A stretch of DNA of 64,000 nt from a virus, in the IMG/VR virus record IMGVR_UViG_3300020201_000009, positions 81,871 to 145,870 of that record. One strand, written 5' to 3'. Of this stretch, positions 20,028-30,037 are shown one piece after another (position 1 is the first letter of the stretch; each line of letters starts with the position of its first letter). The translations under genes were made by a program, and so were the position numbers. The notes beneath the pieces were generated by a model. The model ran no database searches. It was not told the origin of the DNA and was given only the letters and a program-made list of their open reading frames with translations.

Positions 20028-21530
20028 ATGCTACAAATACTGCCAGTAATTCAAAATGACTTTTATAAGCAAGGTCATTTTAAAATGTACCCAGAAGGTA
20101 CAACAAAAATCTATAGCAACCTGACTCCACGGAAAAGCCGTATTCCCGGTATAAATCATGCCGTACTTTTTGGAACACAATATTTTATTAAAGAATATCT
20201 AATTAAACAATGGAATGATAATTTTTTTACCAAAAAATGGGAAGATATATCACTAGAGTATACAACGATCATTAACTCTACTCTTGGCCCCGATGCAATT
20301 TCGATTAATCACGTTCACGAGTTACACAAGCTTGGCTATCTCCCACTTTCGATTAAGAGTTTACCGGAAGGTTCGAAAGTCCCTATTCGTTGCGCGTGCT
20401 TGACCATTACGAATACGGTAGATCATGCTTATTGGCTTGTTAATTTCTTGGAAACCATCCTTTCAACTGTCACTTGGTCGCCTTCGACTGTAGCAACTAT
20501 TGCTCAGGAATTGAAGAGAGTTTTAATGAAGTACGCAAAAGAAACTGGAAACGAGGCATTTGTACAATGGCAGGGGCATGATTTCTCCATGCGCGGGATG
20601 TCTAGTTTGGAGTCAGCCTGTGTCAATGGCGGCGCTCATTTAACTTCTTTCACGGGCACGGATACTATTCCAGCCATCCAGTGGTTAAAAGAGTATTATT
20701 GCGCCGATTATACAAAGATGCTGGTGGGTGCCAGTGTGCCAGCTACAGAGCACTCTATTATGTGCATGGGTAGCCAAGAAGGTGAGTTATCGACCTTTAA
20801 ACGTTTACTCGATTTATTTCCAAGAGGAATTCTATCTGTTGTATCCGATACATGGTCGCTGATGAAAGTTGTTCTAGAAATCCTGCCAGCACTAAAAGAG
20901 CAAATATTAGCTCGTGAGGGGACTCTTACTATTCGCCCTGATTCATTTTGGACAGATCCAGTAGATTGCCTATGCGGGTTTGATGGTTATCACCCCCAAA
21001 TGGCGAATATGGGAGCGGCTGAGATTGAAGTTGTACGTAAAGGTCTTATTGAATCTCTTTGGGATTTATTCGGCGGCACGGTCAATATTAAGGGCTATAA
21101 AGAGTTAGACCCTCACATCTTTGCTATCTATGGAGATTCTATCACAATTGATCGCGCAACGAAAATTTCAGAGAGGCTTAAAGAAAAGGGGTTTGCTTCC
21201 ACAAACTGTTGTTACGGTGTGGGTTCCTTTAGCTACCAATTTAACACAAGGGATGTACTTGGATTTGCTGTTAAAGCGACATATGGAGTAGTTAATGGAG
21301 AGGCCCGCAATATCTTTAAAGATCCAATTACAGATGATGGAATGAAGAAGTCAGCAAAGGGTCTTTTAAGAGTCGATAAAATTAACGGAGAATATGTAAT
21401 GAGAGATTGCGTTAGTATTGAAGAAGAAAAGGGTGGCGAACTATTAGAAGTATTTCGTGATAGTAAACTTTTAATTGAAACCACGCTGACAGAAGTTCGC
21501 CATCGTATTAATGAAGGTATCGACATTTAA
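20028..21530 (+). CDS. nadV: nicotinamide phosphoribosyltransferase-family protein (NadV; likely NARP1 Namat)
   Basis: DFYK.GH, HDFSMRG, PATEHS, SVVSDTW, IRPDS, YGDSIT, KDPITDDG.KKSAKG. Confidence 0.93.
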   Translation: MLQILPVIQNDFYKQGHFKMYPEGTTKIYSNLTPRKSRIPGINHAVLFGTQYFIKEYLIKQWNDNFFTKKWEDISLEYTTIINSTLGPDAISINHVHELHKLGYLPLSIKSLPEGSKVPIRCACLTITNTVDHAYWLVNFLETILSTVTWSPSTVATIAQELKRVLMKYAKETGNEAFVQWQGHDFSMRGMSSLESACVNGGAHLTSFTGTDTIPAIQWLKEYYCADYTKMLVGASVPATEHSIMCMGSQEGELSTFKRLLDLFPRGILSVVSDTWSLMKVVLEILPALKEQILAREGTLTIRPDSFWTDPVDCLCGFDGYHPQMANMGAAEIEVVRKGLIESLWDLFGGTVNIKGYKELDPHIFAIYGDSITIDRATKISERLKEKGFASTNCCYGVGSFSYQFNTRDVLGFAVKATYGVVNGEARNIFKDPITDDGMKKSAKGLLRVDKINGEYVMRDCVSIEEEKGGELLEVFRDSKLLIETTLTEVRHRINEGIDI

Positions 21531-21545
21531 TATAAAAACATAAAA

Positions 21546-22442
21546 ATGAGTTCTAAAAATAACATTAGAGTCTTTTCAAGTAATGACACCGGAGTAACTG
21601 AACTGGATATCCAATTCTGGGACTTTCCGGGAGGTGAGGTAGGAGTAAGACTAGATCCAGACAACGAAAAATTTGCTTTGAACGCATTAGATATCATGGT
21701 TTCTGCTAGAATTAGAGATCCCAAAGATATTATTCGTTTAATTATGGTCAATGATGCTTTAAACCGCTTCATTGGTACTATTAAGACCAAATATTTATTT
21801 CTACCTTACTTTCCGTATTCTCGTCAAGACAGGGTAGATTCGTTAAATTCTTGTGGTGAAGCGTTAAGCGTATCAGTAATGGCGGGGATTATTAATAATC
21901 TTCATTTTAATAAAGTTTTTGTTGCCGATTGCCATTCAGATGTAACGAGGGCTTTAGTTAAAAATATGAATGAACTGCCCCAGTGGGCATTAATCGCTAA
22001 TTGGGCCGAATTTAAAACGGTACTTAAAGATGCTCAATTAGTAAGCTGCGATGCGGGTGCTAATAAGAAAATTTCCGATTTGGCAAAGCGCTTGGGGAAA
22101 GATAGTTTTATCCGCGCCGATAAGAAACGTGATATCGCTACGGGGGAAATTTTAGAAACGGTTGTGTTTGCAGACAATTTAAATTCACAAGTTGTTGCTA
22201 TCGTTGACGATATCTGCGACGGTGGAAAAACTTTCCTTGAATTAGCAAAAGTATTAAAAGCGAAAAACGCCGGTAAAATTATTTTATTTGTTACTCATGG
22301 AATTTTTTCTAAGGGAACCAGTGCTCTTTTTGATGGTGGTATTGATGAAATTTGGACCACTAATAGTTTTCGTTCGGATATTAGTGATCCACGAGTTCAA
22401 GTCTTAAACTTAGATAAAGTTGTTCTCCAACTAGATGTCTAA
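21546..22442 (+). CDS. prs: PRPP-synthetase-family protein (likely NARP1 Adps)
   Basis: FPGGE, LPYFPYSRQDR, D.HS, DAGA, IVDDICDGGKTF, VTHG. Confidence 0.92.
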   Translation: MSSKNNIRVFSSNDTGVTELDIQFWDFPGGEVGVRLDPDNEKFALNALDIMVSARIRDPKDIIRLIMVNDALNRFIGTIKTKYLFLPYFPYSRQDRVDSLNSCGEALSVSVMAGIINNLHFNKVFVADCHSDVTRALVKNMNELPQWALIANWAEFKTVLKDAQLVSCDAGANKKISDLAKRLGKDSFIRADKKRDIATGEILETVVFADNLNSQVVAIVDDICDGGKTFLELAKVLKAKNAGKIILFVTHGIFSKGTSALFDGGIDEIWTTNSFRSDISDPRVQVLNLDKVVLQLDV

Positions 22443-22623
22443 AAAAAATAGTACAACAATCAGAGAGAAGTATAAATTGGCAATGATTCAATCTCTATTT
22501 GCCAGTAAAAATCTATCAGCAGAAATAACGCCCGAAGGAGCTATGCTAATTGCGACGTTTATAAATTTAACCGTTGAATATTTAGCTAAATATGACGAGT
22601 TAGTTATTAAAAAAGATTTATAG
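22435..22623 (+). CDS. hypothetical protein
   Basis: Small overlapping ORF. Confidence 0.5.
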   Translation: MSKKNSTTIREKYKLAMIQSLFASKNLSAEITPEGAMLIATFINLTVEYLAKYDELVIKKDL

Positions 22624-22666
22624 GGTTAAGATATTTAAAAAAGACTTAAAATCTTTTATATTTAAC

Positions 22667-23179
22667 ATGCGTACTACAGAAACACACGTATATTTTTATT
22701 CCGAAATTGAATTATATTCAAATTTCCATCGTTGCGAATTCACTGACCCAAATATCGGTCGAGTTTTTCAAAGTACCGAACAAGCCTTTATGTTCTATAA
22801 GGCTGATTTTTTTAGAGATTCAGCTATAGCAGCCACTTTATTAAACACACAAGAACCTAGTCAAGCGAAGGTTTTCGGTAGGCAAATCAGAAATTATAAC
22901 GATAGCTCTTGGGATATCATGCGTTATGCCTATATGGTATATGTCAATTACCTAAAGTTCTCCCAAAACCCCGCATTTAAAAAACAATTACTGGAAACTG
23001 GAGAACGAGTCTTGGCAGAAGCGTCACCATCGGATCTTATCTGGGGAATTGGGCTGTTGCAAGCAGACGATAATATTCTAGATGAATCAATGTGGAAGGG
23101 TCATAATTTGTTGGGCAAATCGTTAATGGAAGTGAGAGACAAAATCCGTAAAGAAGACAAGGCGTCAGTGAAATTATAA
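22667..23179 (+). CDS. NADAR (YbiA-like) N-glycosidase
   Basis: SNF, EQ.FM..KA, K..GR, KF.QN, EASP.D.IWGIG, G.NLLG..LM.VR. Confidence 0.93.
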   Translation: MRTTETHVYFYSEIELYSNFHRCEFTDPNIGRVFQSTEQAFMFYKADFFRDSAIAATLLNTQEPSQAKVFGRQIRNYNDSSWDIMRYAYMVYVNYLKFSQNPAFKKQLLETGERVLAEASPSDLIWGIGLLQADDNILDESMWKGHNLLGKSLMEVRDKIRKEDKASVKL

Positions 23180-23501
23180 AAAAAAAAAAAAATCCAATAA
23201 ACTGGTCAGTGAAAAATACCCCATCGTCGAGAATTACAAAAACACAATTGTTTTTCAGGTATACCGTGGAGAATTAGAATCGAGCGCGTTAGAAATTAAA
23301 ATTGCAACCCCCGATGTCGGCGAATTTATAGACGACTCCCTAAAAATAATTCTCTACTCCAACACCCGTATCATTAACAAGTTAATGATAAATTTAAGAA
23401 TGATAACAAAGTATTGTAAAATTGGAGATCGCTTTCCGGTAATACCAGTTTTATACTATTACAATTCGCTCGGAGTAAAATACCCAATTATTTATGGCTA
23501 A
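23172..23501 (+). pseudogene. ~105-codon open frame lacking a start codon behind an A15 tract
   Basis: KKKKKSNKLVSEK...YPIIYG* fills the gap between genes; no upstream in-frame ATG. Confidence 0.55.
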
Positions 23502-23868
23502 AAAAATAGAAACCGCAGAAATTATAGAGCATAAATTCTGGATGACTTACACTTTAGAAGTGACATTTATATGTAATGAATCTGATAATTACGAATACAT
23601 AGAAGTGGCCGTACACGATTCGTTTAATCTTTTTAGTTTAATCGAAGAAATTGAATCTTGTTATAATAATCAAAATCTGACGGAACTTTCATTGGAGGAG
23701 CGTGCCGAAAGTAACCCACTTTTAGCAAAATACTTTAGTGACGTACAGCCGGTTGATTCCTTGGGATTATACTATACCCCCATTGGTTATAAAATTTTTT
23801 ACTACGACGACAGACGTAGGAAGTATAAAACAAAAATCACCGAAGTCAAACCGTCAGAAATTTTTTAA
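23494..23868 (+). CDS. hypothetical protein
   Basis: ORF tiling. Confidence 0.6.
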   Translation: MAKKIETAEIIEHKFWMTYTLEVTFICNESDNYEYIEVAVHDSFNLFSLIEEIESCYNNQNLTELSLEERAESNPLLAKYFSDVQPVDSLGLYYTPIGYKIFYYDDRRRKYKTKITEVKPSEIF

Positions 23869-23876
23869 AAATTCAT

Positions 23877-24083
23877 ATGGGTCAACAAACACTAAAAAAA
23901 CTAAGAAAAGCTTTCACTAATAAACAAGGCGTAGTTTCGCCGCGTTTTAAAGAGATCAAGAAAAAGTTCGATGATCTCCCCGCGCCAGAAAGAGGAGAGT
24001 TTTTAAAAAAAACAATTGACCTCGTACGCAGTTTCGAGGATAATATGTCTAAGGTTACGGAATTAAAAACGGGAAAGAATTAA
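23877..24083 (+). CDS. hypothetical basic protein
   Basis: ORF tiling. Confidence 0.55.
   Translation: MGQQTLKKLRKAFTNKQGVVSPRFKEIKKKFDDLPAPERGEFLKKTIDLVRSFEDNMSKVTELKTGKN
24016..24044 (+). promoter_or_regulatory. sigma70-like promoter
   Basis: TTGACC-17-GATAAT. Confidence 0.5.
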
Positions 24084-24101
24084 AACAACAGTATATATAA
24101 A

Positions 24102-24542
24102 ATGATTAATATCGAAGAAGACCTACAAGAAATTTTAACTCAAGCAGGCTTGAACGCCGAGCAGCGTAGTAAAGTTCTTAAAATCGCCAAAGAAGTAGAA
24201 AACGCCAAGAAAGAAGATAAGGATGACGAAAAAACACCAAAGGGTAAGAATAAGTTTACCATTTTTATTCGTGGTGATGCAGAGTTGGCTAAGAAAGTTG
24301 CGACCGGATGGATTACGAAAAGCCCTCTGGATCAAGATGACAACGAGGCAATTGAACGATTACAGCGGGCTGCTAAGAGCCAAAATGAAGTGGCGAAACG
24401 GAAGAAGAATCCAATTAAGACTTGGGCAGATTTGTTCAAAACTTTGAAGTCAAAGTCAACAAAGACTTTCGATACCAATGTTGCTGTATCGACAAAAGAT
24501 CCCGTTAGGGTAGTCGTGATTGAACAGGAAAACGCACTATAA
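24102..24542 (+). CDS. hypothetical protein
   Basis: 146-aa ORF. Confidence 0.7.
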   Translation: MINIEEDLQEILTQAGLNAEQRSKVLKIAKEVENAKKEDKDDEKTPKGKNKFTIFIRGDAELAKKVATGWITKSPLDQDDNEAIERLQRAAKSQNEVAKRKKNPIKTWADLFKTLKSKSTKTFDTNVAVSTKDPVRVVVIEQENAL

Positions 24543-24811
24543 TGGAGTATTTACATAATATACTGAAGATAGTAACCGAAAAGCTGATCTATTGGATAGC
24601 TATCTCCGTTCCAGTTTATTTTTTATGGGAATATTTGCTTGACTTAGGAGTTAAGCTACCCAGTATAGGGTATGTAGGGTGTTTATCTGTTATAATGATC
24701 GCCCAAATGATTTTTAGAACAAACACACCAGTCATAAATGTATATATAGAACACCCCGAAGAGTTAACGGATCAAAGAGGAGAAAACGATGATGCATCTA
24801 AACCTAAGTGA
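24542..24811 (+). CDS. small membrane protein
   Basis: Two TM segments. Confidence 0.6.
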   Translation: MEYLHNILKIVTEKLIYWIAISVPVYFLWEYLLDLGVKLPSIGYVGCLSVIMIAQMIFRTNTPVINVYIEHPEELTDQRGENDDASKPK

Positions 24812-25025
24812 TAAAGAAGAGTTATATATGATGTTGAGAGCTATGGGCTGTTCCTTCTCAACAAATCAATCGAAGAATAGAAAATATCTAGTTGTCGGTT
24901 GGTCTCCTGATAAGGATAATTTGGAAGCCGTTAAGATGAAGGTCAAATACTATTTTGGTTCTTCATATGTTACAAACCAAACAGCAGAACGTGTGATATT
25001 TAGAATTAACCCGGAAACATATTAA
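24789..25025 (+). CDS. hypothetical protein
   Basis: ORF tiling. Confidence 0.55.
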   Translation: MMHLNLSDKEELYMMLRAMGCSFSTNQSKNRKYLVVGWSPDKDNLEAVKMKVKYYFGSSYVTNQTAERVIFRINPETY

Positions 25026-25026
25026 A

Positions 25027-25437
25027 ATGGCTATTAAAAAAAATAAAAAGTTTAAGCTTACGCGTCTTCAAAGACTTTGGTTGGAAACATTAGAAAGCGG
25101 TAAATATAAGAAAGCTAAGGGTGTACTCGCTAGAATTAATTCAAAAAACGAAGTCGTTTCTTGTTGTTGTTTAGGAGTTCTTTGCGAAACAGCTTTGAAA
25201 ATGGGAGTGATTGGCGAAAAAGATATTGTTTCGTTTTCCAATCGAACTAGAGTTTATAAGGGCGATTCATTCTATCTTCCAAGTATAGTGGCTGAAAAGG
25301 CAAAAATGCATCAGGAGGGTCATGTGCGCGGTCACGATGCGATAAATTCCCTCGTTGATTTGAATGATTCGGGCTGGTCGCATCCCAAAATCGCTAAGTT
25401 TATTAGAAAAAATCCAGAGAAGGTATTTTATGCTTAA
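25027..25437 (+). CDS. hypothetical protein (CCLGVLCE...LND family)
   Basis: Paralog of 60808-61380. Confidence 0.7.
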   Translation: MAIKKNKKFKLTRLQRLWLETLESGKYKKAKGVLARINSKNEVVSCCCLGVLCETALKMGVIGEKDIVSFSNRTRVYKGDSFYLPSIVAEKAKMHQEGHVRGHDAINSLVDLNDSGWSHPKIAKFIRKNPEKVFYA

Positions 25438-26107
25438 ACCTCTTAAATTCAAAGGTTCGGAACACAACTATTTTTTTGTATCGGATCTTCACTATGGACA
25501 CAATCGGGATTTTATTTATGAAAAGAGAAACTATAAAAGCGTAGAAGATCACGATAGCGGAATTATTCATCAATGGAATGCCAATGTTTCCCATGAGGCA
25601 ACCGTTTTCCATTTGGGAGACTTTATTTTTGGCGATGGAGATGGTAAGAAATTTTGGGAACTTTGTAGGAGGTTAAGTTTCGATCACCTTTATCTAATAC
25701 TTGGAAATCATACTTCCGGCCATAGACAAGCTTATTTGAAGACTTTGCAAGCTCAATTTCCAGATGCTTACGATAGTGAGTTAAACTATGAAGTCTACCC
25801 TTTGACGACAAAATTGGGACAGAAATCAATCACCTTCCTTCCGACTTATGTAGAAGCTTTTATTAATTCAACCCCTCTCGTATTGTGCCATTATCCAATT
25901 ATGAGTTTTCTTGGAGACGGTAAAGATTATATTCACCTTTGCGGGCACAGCCATTCGAACAACCCAATGACTAATAAAGATACTGGAATTGGTTATAGGT
26001 TAGATGTCGGCATAGAATCATTTGGAAGACCCATTTCTCTGTTAGAGGTTAAAAAACATTTAAACGGTCGAGAAATTCACTCGTATGATCATCACGGAAA
26101 GACATAA
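25430..26107 (+). CDS. calcineurin-like metallophosphoesterase
   Basis: SDLHYGH, HLGDF, GNH, LCHYP, GHSH, DVG. Confidence 0.9.
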   Translation: MLKPLKFKGSEHNYFFVSDLHYGHNRDFIYEKRNYKSVEDHDSGIIHQWNANVSHEATVFHLGDFIFGDGDGKKFWELCRRLSFDHLYLILGNHTSGHRQAYLKTLQAQFPDAYDSELNYEVYPLTTKLGQKSITFLPTYVEAFINSTPLVLCHYPIMSFLGDGKDYIHLCGHSHSNNPMTNKDTGIGYRLDVGIESFGRPISLLEVKKHLNGREIHSYDHHGKT

Positions 26108-26119
26108 ATAAAGACATAA

Positions 26120-26398
26120 ATGGAAAAAAAGTTATTAAAAGATAAATATCTATACACAAAGGAAGCTTTACAATATATTGACAATATTACAGAAAAATTT
26201 CTCAATGTTTATAAAAGATTACCAGAAGTGGATCTCTTCTACGGAGAAGAAACTATTCATTTGGGTAAAACGACAAAAATTACAAAAATTAACCGGTATA
26301 TAGTCGCTTATTTCGATGAAAAGAAAGGCCGAGGCGCTTCAGATTTAAAATTAATCCAAAATTTAGATAACATTATCGTAGAAGACGTTAGAAAATAA
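26120..26398 (+). CDS. hypothetical protein
   Basis: ORF tiling. Confidence 0.55.
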   Translation: MEKKLLKDKYLYTKEALQYIDNITEKFLNVYKRLPEVDLFYGEETIHLGKTTKITKINRYIVAYFDEKKGRGASDLKLIQNLDNIIVEDVRK

Positions 26399-26404
26399 CC
26401 AAAT

Positions 26405-26653
26405 ATGAATAAATTCAATCCAAATCAAAAACCAAAGCCTGATCGGTACGTAGTTCACATGCTGCCAGAAAGACAGGATACCGAAGATATTGATCTATAT
26501 GGTAATATTATTAGTTATAGCACAGAATTGGATAATCAACCCGGTATGACTTCCGCTTACAGTCAGGCTGTTCATACCGCCTCTCGCTATGCTGGAGAAA
26601 TTGTTGCCATCTATAAAGACGAAAAATGGCATTCGGTGAAAACTTATAGATAA
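26405..26653 (+). CDS. hypothetical protein
   Basis: ORF tiling. Confidence 0.6.
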   Translation: MNKFNPNQKPKPDRYVVHMLPERQDTEDIDLYGNIISYSTELDNQPGMTSAYSQAVHTASRYAGEIVAIYKDEKWHSVKTYR

Positions 26654-26670
26654 TTAGTGTATTATCCGGT

Positions 26671-26949
26671 GTGTCAGAAACACAACCTCACGACGATCAA
26701 GATAAGATTAAGCAGAAAACGCTAATTCTTCAGACGGTAGGATTTTTTGCTAAACGTAAGCGATTAAAGCTGATTAAATTGAGTATTATACGCCAATACC
26801 TTCAGCAAGTTCTCCTGTCCGAGGAATTGACACTGGCAGAGATCGCCGAATGTGATATTAGAATGCAGCGAGAGATCTATTCTAATATCGATCTATTGAG
26901 AGAAGATTTGAACATACCCGATAGTAGCGAAGAAGATACAAAATTTTAA
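26671..26949 (+). CDS. hypothetical protein
   Basis: GTG-start ORF. Confidence 0.55.
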   Translation: MSETQPHDDQDKIKQKTLILQTVGFFAKRKRLKLIKLSIIRQYLQQVLLSEELTLAEIAECDIRMQREIYSNIDLLREDLNIPDSSEEDTKF

Positions 26950-27191
26950 TGACTAATTTTCTAGGAGGCGAATCCGAAAATCCCCTTATTTGTACGATAG
27001 ACGTTAGCGCCTATTGTTTAACCAAACAACAAATTGAGGTTTTATCAACAGAATTTTATGGAAAACTTGATGAAAAAGACTCGGATGAAAATATCTTAAC
27101 GATTGTGTTTAGCAAGGGAGACGAGCAAAATCGTATCATATTTGAGACCACTCTTAAGGGTGGGTTCTCGAAGGTAAAGAACAAAAAATAA
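26949..27191 (+). CDS. hypothetical protein
   Basis: Coupled ORF. Confidence 0.55.
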   Translation: MTNFLGGESENPLICTIDVSAYCLTKQQIEVLSTEFYGKLDEKDSDENILTIVFSKGDEQNRIIFETTLKGGFSKVKNKK

Positions 27192-27211
27192 AATAAATAA
27201 ACGTATATACT

Positions 27212-27586
27212 ATGTCTAAACGTAAAATAGTTGAGAAAGGTCTCAACAAATTTGTTAGTAGTCAGCTACCGACCGTGGAAATCCTAAGAAAATTGGGAGC
27301 TAAAGTCCGTGTCGTTCATAATCGTCGGGTTTCTTATGTAGAGAATTTGGATGGCTACAATTTAAATGTAGCGGGTATTCTTCCTTTATACCATATTCGA
27401 AATATGAAACTTCAACATGCGTTGGTTTCTACTGGAGGAAATACCTCGATTGAAATTGATTTCCCAAATGGGGAAATTGTAAAAGGTGTTGCCGAGTGCT
27501 CAAATAAAGATAATTTTAATCGCACTCGCGGCATTAAAGTGGCAATTGCTCACGCATTGTTCGCCGATTACCAGATTGAATCTTAG
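27212..27586 (+). CDS. hypothetical phage protein (CS..DNF....G motif)
   Basis: AECSNKDNFNRTRG. Confidence 0.65.
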   Translation: MSKRKIVEKGLNKFVSSQLPTVEILRKLGAKVRVVHNRRVSYVENLDGYNLNVAGILPLYHIRNMKLQHALVSTGGNTSIEIDFPNGEIVKGVAECSNKDNFNRTRGIKVAIAHALFADYQIES

Positions 27587-27992
27587 AGTATTCAAAGAGG
27601 CTCTAGAAACAACTAGGGCAATGCAGGGGTTTAGGAGAAATGGAAAATCATTCCATACTTCCTTTGCCATCCTCAAAAATCGTATTGTTTGTGTGGGTTG
27701 GAATTGCTACAACAGCCCGCACAACCAGTATCGTTTTGGTGTTTATAAGAAAGAACATTTACCCGGAAAATATACACCCTGTAGGCATTCCGAGTGTCAT
27801 TTACACGAAAAGTTAGACAAACTCTCTTGGAAAGACTATGAAATCTTAAACATAAGAATGAATCAGAATGGCGAGCCAAGATTGGCGATGCCGTGTGAAA
27901 ATTGCTTGGATAAAGTAATCGTTCCTATGCGTCCAAAGAGAATGTATTTTACAGACAATGACAACAGTTACCAAAATTTAATATTAGAATGA
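27576..27992 (+). CDS. zinc-dependent cytidine/dCMP-deaminase-fold protein (start uncertain)
   Basis: G.N, HSE, PCENC. Confidence 0.8.
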   Translation: MNLRVFKEALETTRAMQGFRRNGKSFHTSFAILKNRIVCVGWNCYNSPHNQYRFGVYKKEHLPGKYTPCRHSECHLHEKLDKLSWKDYEILNIRMNQNGEPRLAMPCENCLDKVIVPMRPKRMYFTDNDNSYQNLILE

Positions 27993-28489
27993 TTTTTTTA
28001 CCTCTCGCACAAGAAACAGGACGTTTTTTATACGCTTCTAATGGCGGCGGCGCTAACGAAAGTATTATTATAGGTTTTCAAGGTCCAGATAGTTTTCTCA
28101 ATAGAATGAGAAATTTATTATTGAATTACCAATTTTCAGAACGGGTTCAAGAAATGAATATTGTTGGAGATGTATGGGTTCTTTACGGTAGTATAGTCAA
28201 ATTAAAAAAATTCCTACATCGGTATTTTATTTCAGAGTTACAAATTACTTGTAAAGAAGAAATAGATTGGAAAGTTACTGAATATAATAAAGATACGGAT
28301 GAAGAATATATAGAGATCACACACAACGAAGAAAAGTTACAAGCTCTAGCCAAAACGCGATCAGAAGAGTTTATTACAAATATTTTCCAAAACGATTCTA
28401 CACTATTGCGTAAATATTATAGTAAAGATACTAGCGAGCACCAAAATCTTCAATCGTGTAATTCTGATTTTAGAAACTTAGACGAATGA
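27989..28489 (+). CDS. hypothetical protein
   Basis: Coupled ORF. Confidence 0.6.
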   Translation: MIFLPLAQETGRFLYASNGGGANESIIIGFQGPDSFLNRMRNLLLNYQFSERVQEMNIVGDVWVLYGSIVKLKKFLHRYFISELQITCKEEIDWKVTEYNKDTDEEYIEITHNEEKLQALAKTRSEEFITNIFQNDSTLLRKYYSKDTSEHQNLQSCNSDFRNLDE

Positions 28490-28728
28490 TACAAAAATGG
28501 AATTATCCACCGACTAAGCCAGTCAGAGAAGGTTATATCAGGCATCAATACTTTCTTATTTTTGACAAGAAAAGTTATAATGCATACAATTATCAAGAAA
28601 AAGCATTCATGATTAATATAGCTTTTAATGGGTACACAGAATTTGCTGAAATATTTCATCAAATAGATGAACAGGTACTCGGGATAAGAGCTTGGGTCGA
28701 TTTAAAAGACGCAGATGAAAAAAAATAA
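28486..28728 (+). CDS. hypothetical protein
   Basis: Coupled ORF. Confidence 0.55.
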   Translation: MIQKWNYPPTKPVREGYIRHQYFLIFDKKSYNAYNYQEKAFMINIAFNGYTEFAEIFHQIDEQVLGIRAWVDLKDADEKK

Positions 28729-28861
28729 AAAGATAAACCCAACGGTAAAATTATTTAAATCAATACGCAAGGAAATGCCCCCACCGAAGCGTATTGAAAT
28801 TGATAAAAAAACTAAACAGAAGAATAAAAAGAAACCAAAATGGAATTGGGACATAGGTTAA
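28715..28861 (+). CDS. 48-aa Lys-rich peptide
   Basis: MKKNKKINPTVKLFKSIRKEMPPPKRIEIDKK...WNWDIG, translated by hand. Confidence 0.5.
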   Translation: MKKNKKINPTVKLFKSIRKEMPPPKRIEIDKKTKQKNKKKPKWNWDIG

Positions 28862-28985
28862 TTATAAAAACTTAGCAATTCTATTCGGCTATAGTGTTAT
28901 TGTAAATAAATAATTAGTAATTTAATCAATATCCACCCAACAAAGACTAATAATCTTTGCTGGATATATTAAACCAAAAAAACAA

Positions 28986-29924
28986 ATGAGATTTGGACTG
29001 GAGTTAACCTTTATCCCCATTAAGGGAAAACCTTATCGTTCGAGATGTGCCGCGGAAAAAGTGGCAAATACATTTAATAAACTTTTTCCCAAAGTTATTA
29101 AAGATTTTTACAAAATTAAAGCTAAACCCGATATTCTTAGCCTCCAAAAAATAGAATATTGCGTAGAGGTCGAATGTCAGGTGGAAATAAGTTATATTTC
29201 AGATATTGATAAATATGGTGGAGTGTTTAATATTATTTTTGCAGCGTCCAAGGCTTTGAATCTAACATCTAGAATCATTAAAGAAAATCCCAATGAAGTC
29301 CTATACTATCCTACGGGAGGAGGACATCTTCACGTTGGTTTAGAAGAAATTTGTGGCTCTTCGACATCAACACTCAAAATATTAAAATTAGAAACAGCGC
29401 TATTAGATATTTTTCTTAAAAATCCCTTCATTTACTCAATGTTTCAAGAACCTTTTGATGATAAAAATTGTTTTCCATTTGATTATCATCGTTTCGCCGA
29501 TATCGTTGATAAAAATGACGAAGGATTTACAGAAAGTTTAAAAAAAGAATTTTTTAACTATAACTATATTTTTCAACCCCGTTATACTACAAATAAAAAA
29601 ACATCCTATCCAACTTTTGAGTTTAGATTATTTAGCTCTCAGAATAATGCAGAAGAATTAAAATCTGACATTGTGTTTCTCTGTTCTCTAATTAGATACG
29701 CGCGGTTATCGGATAAACCTTCCTTATCTTATCAAGATTATTTAGCTGATATAAAAAGACTATGGGCGTACAAGAAAAAGTTAAAAGAAATCAAATTTGC
29801 AAAAAGAGAGGTTCGAAAGTTTTTCGAGCGAATCAATTGCCCGTGGTGCAACGAATACGAGAAAAAATTTGAACGCAACTATGTGGTGCGCAAGGAATTT
29901 GGGAATTTGGATCTTGTGTCTTAA
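28986..29924 (+). CDS. putative amidoligase (COOH-NH2 ligase fold)
   Basis: FGLEL, E, GGGHLHVG, TFEFR. Confidence 0.75.
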   Translation: MRFGLELTFIPIKGKPYRSRCAAEKVANTFNKLFPKVIKDFYKIKAKPDILSLQKIEYCVEVECQVEISYISDIDKYGGVFNIIFAASKALNLTSRIIKENPNEVLYYPTGGGHLHVGLEEICGSSTSTLKILKLETALLDIFLKNPFIYSMFQEPFDDKNCFPFDYHRFADIVDKNDEGFTESLKKEFFNYNYIFQPRYTTNKKTSYPTFEFRLFSSQNNAEELKSDIVFLCSLIRYARLSDKPSLSYQDYLADIKRLWAYKKKLKEIKFAKREVRKFFERINCPWCNEYEKKFERNYVVRKEFGNLDLVS

Positions 29925-30037
29925 AAAGTGAAAAAAAACTTGCTTCCTGTCTCAGATTAGGGATGATCTTGGGAGCGAGATAAGGGACCGCCCGAGGCTC
30001 CGAAAAGAAACTTAAAAAAATCAAAAAAAATAATATA

